Origin: Octopus vulgaris
Lineage: Eukaryota
DNA length: 64,000 nucleotides
NCBI GenBank assembly: GCA_951406725.2
Contig: OX597830.1
Span: 9,052,001-9,116,000 of the forward strand
Direction of reading: 5' to 3'
The translations under genes were made by a program, and so were the position numbers. This document shows positions 56,178 through 64,000 of the stretch, piece by piece (the first letter of the stretch is position 1; each line of letters begins with the position of its first letter). The notes beneath the pieces are model-generated. The model was not told where the DNA came from. It searched no databases and was given only the letters and a program-made list of their open reading frames with translations.

Positions 56178-56730
56178 TCCGTCTGCAAACCGTTCAGCGT
56201 CGTGCAACCAAGAGAATACCCTCCATCAGCCATTTGCCATATTCTGAACGCCTTACTTCCTTGGGCATGGATACATTGAAACTCCGACGTTTGGCAATGG
56301 ACTTGGCAGACACCCATAAAATTATTAACCACCTTAAAATAACTCTGAGCACCTTTTCAAACTTCACCTGTCTAACATCCGTGGACATGTTTACAAAGTC
56401 AGAAAACAGCACAGCTCTCATGACTTTCGGAAACATTTTTCCACGCTAAGAGTTGCTGAAGCAGGGAACAGACTGCCGGCATCAGTTGTTAGTTGTCGGA
56501 GCACTGCATCCTTCAAAACTTCCATGCTTCCTGAGATTCGCTAACACTACACCTGATTTTCTCCCCTCCATACACACGCAAGCATGTATCTGACTCATAC
56601 ACTGTTCGCTTTCCAGACATTTGTACATTACTGCATATGCTTTATACGTACTTTTGACAAGTTGTAGTGCACCTGAGCACTGTATACAATAATTTCATTA
56701 TTATTATTATTATTTTTATTATTATTATTA
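56178..56730 (+). mobile_element. CR1/L2-group LINE 3' end inserted in a family B SINE
   Basis: LQTVQRRATKRIPSISHLPYSERLTSLGMDTLKLRRLAMDL, then a 3' UTR ending in (TTA)n. SINE B sequence lies on both sides. Confidence 0.8.
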
Positions 56731-56884
56731 TATCTTAAATTCCGCTGAGGTCGACTCTGCCTTTTATCCTCTTGCAGTTGATTCATTAAGTATCGGTGAA
56801 ACACTAGGGTCGATGTAATCGACTAGTCCCCTCCCCTCAAATTTTAGGCCTATAGCAGAAACGATTATTACTTCCGGCTCTTTA

Positions 56885-56969
<85 letters not shown>

Positions 56970-57034
56970 ACACACACACGCATGCACACACACACACACA
57001 CACGCATGCACACACACACACACACACACGCATG

Positions 57035-57065
<31 letters not shown>

Positions 57066-58599
57066 ACACACACACAATAGATAAAAAGAATTTAAACTCT
57101 ATTCTATCACGCTTTTTTTTTGTATATCGGTAAATGAATAAAGCCAGCAATAACCCCCACCCCCCCCCCACACATTTCTAGATCATTTTTCTGCTTATAT
57201 TGGTTTCAAATTTTGGCAGAAGGCCAGCAATTTCAAGTTAAGTCGATTACATCGACCCCCTATGCTCACTGGTCGTCATTTTAAAGACCTCGAATGGATG
57301 AAAGACTAAGTCAATCATGGTGGAATTTGAACTCAGAAACGTAGAGACGGACGCAACGCCGCAAAGCATTTTACCTGGCGTATTTATCGTTCCGCCAGTT
57401 CGTTGTCTTAAAGTGAAATGCTTACAGCACTTTGGTCCCTCAAGCGGTCACCCACCTAATTCCTATTGAGGCTCGATGTTGCATTTTTTCTCTATTATTA
57501 AGCGTAACTATAAGGCGGTGAGCTGGCAGAAACGTTAGCACGCCGGGAGAAATATTTAACGGAATTTCGTCTGTCTTTGAGTTCTGAGTTCAAATTCCGC
57601 TGAGGTCGACTTTGCCTTTCATCCTTTCGGGATCGATTAAGTAAGTCCAGTTACGCACAGGGGTCGATGTAATCGTCTTAATCCTTTAGTTTGCCCTCTT
57701 TATTTTTAACCCTCTGTGGGCAATAAAGAAATAAATATATCGGTTTCTAACGTTAGCACGCCGGGCGAAATGCTTAGCGGTATTTCGTCTGCCGCTACGT
57801 TCTGAGTTCAAATTCCGCCGAGGTCGACTTTGCCTTTCATCCTTTCGAGGTCGATTAAATAAGTACCAGTTACGCACTAGGGTCGATATAATCGACTTAA
57901 TCCGCTTGTCTGTCCTTGTTTGTCCTCTCTGTGTTTAGCCCCTTGTGGCTAGTAAAGAAATAGGTATTTCGTGTGTCGCTACGTTCTGAGTTCAAATTCC
58001 GCCGAGGTCGACTTTGCCTTTCATACTTTCGGGGTCGATAAATTAAGTACCAGTTACGCACGGGTCGATATAATCGACTTAATCCGTTTGTCTGTCCTTG
58101 TTTGTCTCCTTTGTGTTTGGCCCCTTGTGGTTAGTAGAGAAATAGGTATTGTGTCTGGCTTTATGTTCTGAGTTCAAATTCCGCCGAGGTCGCCTTTGCC
58201 TTTCATCCTTTCGGGGTCAATATGTCAAGTACCAGTTGCGTATTGTGGTCTATCTAATTTCACTAGAATGTGCTGTCAGTTAAACAGAGATGGTCATGGT
58301 TGAAATACATTTCTCATAGATCCTCTGGGCCAAGGTGGAGCTCTAGCTCAACAACAATACAAAATATATATGATATACTATATATCCTGGCTTTCAGATC
58401 TGAAATATCTGCAACTAGCAGGTCTGATCACGGACCCATGAGAATTCCATCTTTCACTTTGAAGCATGAATCTATGGATGTTCAAAGTATTGGTTCATCG
58501 TGTTAAATGTTTCAATTATCTCTCCTTGATGTCCTTCCATAGTTAAGGTTGATGAAGGCATAACATTCGAACACACATTGTGTTTATATATTTAAGTTC

Positions 58600-58925
58600 T
58601 TATGTATGTATGTATGTATGTATGTATGTATGTATGTATGTATGTATGTATGTATGTATGTATGTATGTATGTATGTATGTATGTATGTATGTATGTATG
58701 TATGTATGTATGTATGTATGTATGTATGTATGTATGTATGTATGTATGTATGTATGTATGTATGTATGTATGTATGTGTGTATGTATGTATGTATGTGTG
58801 TGTATGTATGTATGTATGTATGTGTGTGTATGTGTGTGTGTATGTGTGTGTGTGTATGTGTGTGTGTGTATGTATGTGTGTATTTATGAGTGTATGTATG
58901 TGTGTATTTATGAGTGTATGTATGA
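58600..58925. repeat. (TATG)n microsatellite
   Basis: Long perfect array followed by a degenerate TG tail. Confidence 0.95.
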
Positions 58926-59361
58926 ATCAATCTATCTATCTATCACCTATAACTTGTTGGTCATTAGACTGCGGCCACGTTGGGGCACAGCCTTGAAGCA
59001 TTTTAGTCGGATGTGTCGACCCCAGTACATTTTTAAAGCCTAGTACTTATTCTATCAGTTTTTCTTGCCGAACCGGTAAGTTACGGGGGCGTAAATACAC
59101 CAGCACCGGTTGTCAAAGACACACACGTAGATATAAATATAGATGTATACAACGAGCTTCTTTCAGTTTCCGTTGACCAAATCTACTCAGAAAGCTTTAA
59201 TCGACTCGAGGCTATAGAAGACACTTGCCCAAGGTGCCATGCAGTGGGACTGAACCTGGAACCATGTGGTTGGGAAGCAAGCTGCTTACCACATAACCAC
59301 GATAACAACGTTTCTATGTGATTGGAAATAATTCGATTCATTGTTTTATACTGTTTTACAG

Positions 59362-59447
59362 AAACCTCAAAAGCAGCAACAGAGGACTTGAATAAAAATG
59401 TGAAGACTAACGTTCAGAGTTCGAATCCAGGAACCGGTGAAACAGAT
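59362..59447 (+). CDS. Possible upstream exon of the CFAP90-like gene
   Basis: Strong acceptor ttgttttatactgttttacAG, open frame TSKAATEDLNKNVKTNVQSSNPGTGETD, weak phase-0 donor GAT|GTTTGT compatible with exon 61284. No recognisable homology. Confidence 0.3.
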
Positions 59448-60299
59448 GTTTGTATTTTTATTGTAAACTCTTATTACTCATATAATGTTTTTATTTTATT
59501 CTCTCTCTATATTTGTCATTTTTTCCTCGTTATTCAAGCAATTTAGTTGGAATTATTATTTTGATGAGTACTATTTGTGAATAATGGTTTATTTTCTTAC
59601 TAACGGCACTAGATCTTTGTATCGTGGCTGTCCCCCGCCACCGTTTGACGACCACTTAACTTCGCGTCCCCGTAACTAAGCGGTTCGGCAAAAGAACTAG
59701 ATAGAGTAAGTACTAAACTTATAATGTTGTTATCGTGGCTATGTGGTAAGAAGCTTGCTTTCCAGTCACACGGTTTGGGGTTCAGTCCCACTGCGTGACA
59801 TTTTGGAAATTGTTGGAAGGGTCTCAGAATCGACAAGAATATATGCCTAGTTCTTCGTCTGCGGATGCTTCTGGGGGAAGCATACACGCAGGAAAGGCCT
59901 CCGAGAATGACGAAAGGACATTAATGTTTTATATGCTAACATGCAGAGACAAGGAAACCAAGAGATGTCCATTAGATATTGTTATCAAGGACGACCAGGT
60001 CGTGATGACCTTCGAAAGTTATAAGATCATCCTGGAGTTACACAGTGATACTCTATTGTAAGATTGCAGATGCTCCCAATGAGCTTGGTGGCGTAGTTCA
60101 GAAGAAGGTCAAAATGCTACACATGTGGGAGTAAAAAAAAGATCCATGTGAGGGCCTACTGCCTTGAAGGTGGTAGACGAAAGCTGGAGAGGAGAAACAG
60201 GCGTAAACAGAATTAGCGATAACCGCAGGCTCTTGAGGCGCAAGCGAGGAAGAATATCATGGCTGTTTCTGTTGCTTCTACTTCAGAGCAGTGCGGTGC

Positions 60300-60855
60300 C
60301 CAGTGGTGCTATTTTCTGTATGTTATATATACTTGTTAATCCTGGTGTTTTTGTTATGTATTTCTCTGAATGTATTTTTTATCATACCTAATGCGCCCAC
60401 TATGATAAGAATTGTTTCTGTTTTTAGACTTTACATTCGAGTTATCTCTATTTCCAGATCTTTGTATTTTGAAGGTTTCTCCGTTTCTTTTAAAGAAACA
60501 TTATCATCTGCTTATTATATCGATTAGAAAAGCAATTTTTTTCTTGATCTCTGACAACTATATCCAACTTATTGGCCTTAATTTCTCTATCTGTGTGTAT
60601 TGGTATATCCCAGAGTATGATTGCTCTCTCGTTTTCTGTGACTTTTTCTGGCGTGTGCCTATACCATCCACTTTCTGTCGTCATTCCATGTTGTCATAGC
60701 TTCCAGTGTACATAGATTCCAACTCTGTCATATCTGTGAATATATTGCTTCTTAGCCAGGACTGGGCAGCCAGAGACAATATGATTTATTGCTTCTTCTC
60801 CATCTCCACATACTCTACAGTTACTTGTTATGTCTTTTTTCCATTATATGCTTTT
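60300..60855 (-). mobile_element. R4/Dong-type LINE fragment (CCHC knuckle plus restriction-like endonuclease)
   Basis: CRVCGDGEEAINHIVSGC, ILWDIPIHTDREIKANKLDIVV, EK.SKYKDL, IIVGALG. Confidence 0.85.
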
Positions 60856-61283
60856 GGCTAAGGCGACGAGCTTGTAGAAACGTGAGCACGCCAGGCGAAA
60901 TGCGTATCCTTATTTCGTCTGCCGTTACGTTCTGAGTTCAAATTCCGCCGAAGTCGACTTTGCCTTTCATCCTTTCGGGGTCGATAAATTAAGTACCAGT
61001 TGCGTACTGGAATCGATCTAATCGACTGGCCCCCTTCCCAAAGCACGTCGGGCGAAAATGCTTAGCAGTATTTCGTCTGTCTTTTACGTTCTGAGTTCAA
61101 ATTCCGCCGTGGTTGACTTTGCCATTCATCCTTTCGGGGTCGATAAATTAAGCACTGGGGTCGATGTAATCGACTGGCCCTTCGCAAAAATTTCGGGCCT
61201 TGTGCCTAGAGTAGAAACGAATATAGTAATGTTATTTGTAAAAATAAAATAAGAATTATTAATTTGTTTATTCTCGTTACCAG

Positions 61284-61460
61284 TCTGCGCAGTCGGCCGT
61301 ACAATATGTGAGTCCGATGGACAGAAGTGAGGTAAAGAAACTTCTTTCATATTCCACGAACTTTGCCAGATATTTCCAGTTCAGCGAAGAAGACCAGAAG
61401 AAGCTCACATTCTCCAGTTACTTCGACAAAGATTACAAGGATGAAGAAAAGAAGCGAAAG
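61284..61460 (+). CDS. CFAP90: Internal exon (59 aa) of a CFAP90/C5orf49-like ciliary protein
   Basis: Acceptor ttattctcgttaccAG, donor AAG|GTAGGC, 177 nt, phase 0-0, open. Peptide SAQSAVQYVSPMDRSEVKKLLSYSTNFARYFQFSEEDQKKLTFSSYFDKDYKDEEKKRK begins like human C5orf49 SAQSAFSYIPP (recalled, not searched). Confidence 0.7.
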
Positions 61461-61698
61461 GTAGGCGAGGTATTCACTCCCTCAACAAACATCATTTCAT
61501 TTGTGATAGGACATCTGATGACAGTCAGACGGCGCGAAAATTGGAGTAATTTTTATTTATTTACTCGACTTATTCAGAAGAAGGAAGACAGCTGATCTGC
61601 CCTCATGATTTTTTGTCAGGGCCTTTCAGATCGAAGTCTTTCTTTCTTTCATCCCTTCCTTCTTTCATCCCTTCCTTCTTTCTTTCTTCCTCTTCTCT

Positions 61699-61732
<34 letters not shown>

Positions 61733-61820
61733 CTTCCTTTCTTCCTCCTTCTCTTCCTTCTCTCCTTTCTTTCTTTCATCCCTTCCTTCTTTCTTTATTC
61801 CTCCTTCTCTTCCTTCTCTC

Positions 61821-61851
<31 letters not shown>

Positions 61852-61952
61852 TCATCCCTATTCATATAAACACGTACGATATTTACCTAATTAACTCGAA
61901 TTGATTAAATTAATGTACTAAATTTTATTTCCGCTCTTATTTCCACTGAAAG

Positions 61953-62072
61953 GATTTATCAGAATTCCCGAATTATACACGAATTTTCACAGTCAAACCT
62001 GGCTGGGACCAGATGATGCATCGCGATGACAGAAAAACTACGGAGATAGTCCGCGGTCGATTTTGTGAAGAG
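61953..62072 (+). CDS. CFAP90: Next exon (40 aa) of the CFAP90/C5orf49-like gene
   Basis: Acceptor ctcttatttccactgaaAG, strong donor GAG|GTAAGC, 120 nt, phase 0-0, in frame with 61284-61460. Peptide DLSEFPNYTRIFTVKPGWDQMMHRDDRKTTEIVRGRFCEE aligns by eye with C5orf49 [33 protein letters not shown]. Confidence 0.75.
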
Positions 62073-62881
62073 GTAAGCTCACTTTAGTTATTGTGAGTTC
62101 ATAAAAGTTGCATTGCCAGTCTCCCCCCTCTTTTTTCTCTCCTCTTCTCGCTTTTATTGAACTCAATGTCAGGGTTTCACGAAAACGTCCCATTGATGGA
62201 GATGCATTAAGTCTGCCGAGTGATTTGATCTTAAAACGAGTAATGAAACTAAAATTATTATAGCGTGGAAGACACACATTAAACCTGGTTCTCCGTCGGT
62301 TACGATGATTGGTGTTCCGGTTGATCTGATCAATGGTTCAACCTGCTCGTGAAATTAACGTACAAGTGGCTGAGCACTCCGCAGACACACGTACTCTCAG
62401 GGAGATTCAGCGTGACACAGAATATGACAAGGGTGGTCCTTGCAATTAAAGGTGCAACATATTTTTGCCATTCGAATGGACTGGAGCAAAGAGAAATAAA
62501 GTGTCTTGCTCAAGGATAAAATGCATCGCCGAGAATCGAACTCACGACTTATGATCGTGGGCTGAATACTCCTCTCATCAAAGTTTTTGCATTGAATTTA
62601 AATTAGAATTAGAAAAAAAAAAAGAGATCATAGGCGCAGGAGTGGCTGTGTGGTAAGAAGCTTGCTTCCCAACCACATGGTTCCGGGTTCAGCCCCACTG
62701 CCTGGCACCTTGAGCAAGTGTCTTCAATTATAATCTCGGACCCACCAAAGCCTTGTGAGTGGATTAGGTGGACGGAAACTGAAAGAAGCCGATTGTATAA
62801 ATATATATGTCTGTGTTTGTCACCCCCACCAAGCGATAGTAGCATGGTAGGTGGGGGGAGACAAACACAGACACAGGAACA

Positions 62882-62938
<57 letters not shown>

Positions 62939-63181
62939 TAAATAATGAGGGTAGAAATTAATATTAATTAATATAAATTTAAACCAGCATACTTTAAAAA
63001 TCCGAAGATTAAGAAAATTATATTACATACCTGTACAAGGGGAATAATCGCCAAGGTGGATTCCTAATATGCTAGAAGAAGATGCTAAATTGTCTTACCA
63101 CGAAGAATGTGTTCATAAGAAATTTCAGCAAACACCAGAATGTAAAACGAGCGAGACAAATGAAAAGATACAAAATTTAGC

Positions 63182-63985
63182 GGATCTTTTCCTTTTGAAA
63201 GGCACCCAATTTCTGGTTAAAACTTCGTATACTGGTAGAATGTGTCAAAATAAAACAGTTTTTTCTCTTGGCTTTCTTGAGAAAATTGTAATTTGTTTGT
63301 TTAACGTAGTTTAATTTTTCGAATTTTAACCAATCCTATGCTCTCTTTTGAGCTAAAATCATTTGCTGCATCTAAAACTGAGACAACATTCTGTCACTAA
63401 CCCTAAACCTCCTCTAACCGTAACCCTAAATTTTTTTCTTAATTGTTATATTAATTTAATTGTTACACGTGTAAAAAAAAACTAAAGCAATGGAAAATAA
63501 TTTAAACAATTAACAAAATAATTCTATAATTTTATACACACGCTTTCCGTAAAACACGCTTTCCGTATACGTACAGAAAGCGTGTGTATAAAATTATAGA
63601 ATTATTTTGTTTGTTAATTGTTTAAATTATTTTCCATTGCTTTAGTTTTAGCCTTCCATTTTTTTTTACACGCGTAACAATTAAATTAATATAACAATTA
63701 AGAAAAAAAAAATTAGGGTTAGGGGGGAAGTTTAGGGTTAGTTACAGGATATTGTCTCAGTTTTAGACGCAGCAAATGATTTTAGTTCAATGGAGGAAAT
63801 CGATTGGTTAAAATTGCCGAAATGCTCGGATTTTGAGACGAAATATCTTACAAACTATAGAATTTTCTCAATAAAACCAAGAGTAAATGATGTTTTATAA
63901 ACACATTCTACCAGTATACGAAGTTTAAAACTTTTTAGTTACCTAGAAATTATGTTACAAACTGCCGTTCAAAAGGAAAAGATCC
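63182..63985. mobile_element. ~800-bp foldback MITE with 8-bp TSD (Merlin-like)
   Basis: Termini GGATCTTTTCCTTTTGAA / TTCAAAAGGAAAAGATCC. TSD AATTTAGC at 63174-63181 and 63986-63993. The element is inverted along nearly its whole length, centre ~63568. Confidence 0.85.
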
Positions 63986-64000
63986 AATTTAGCAATAAAC

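Noticed and set aside
57512-58260. Regularly repeated units suggesting a CRISPR-like array
   Set aside because: They are tandem SINE units of ~200 bp with no unique spacers, in a eukaryotic context with no cas genes.
63397-63741. Interstitial telomere or chromosome fusion site
   Set aside because: Only a few degenerate units, symmetric within a TSD-flanked MITE.

Overview
AT-rich, microsatellite- and SINE-dense eukaryotic DNA; the repeat content suggests a coleoid cephalopod such as Octopus (inference, not verified). Almost all long ORFs in the track are translated microsatellites. Two probable host genes point away from each other: the first coding exon of a band 4.1/FERM protein (EPB41L5/Yurt-like; minus, 22192-22365) and two in-frame exons of a CFAP90/C5orf49-like gene (plus, 61284-61460 and 61953-62072). 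The rest is at least five SINE or SINE-like families, decayed R4/Dong, RTE and CR1-type LINEs, mariner and maT remnants, a Helitron cluster and several MITEs. The main hunt result is a dispersed set of about nine short non-coding elements, mostly in or beside (TA)n tracts, that carry minimal type I hammerhead ribozyme motifs of the Penelope-like-element (PLE) kind. Four are head-to-head inverted duplications, several show compensatory changes at core positions 3 and 8, and one is fused to a tRNA-derived Pol III head. That last element is a candidate PLE-mobilised, hammerhead-tailed SINE (16419-16800).
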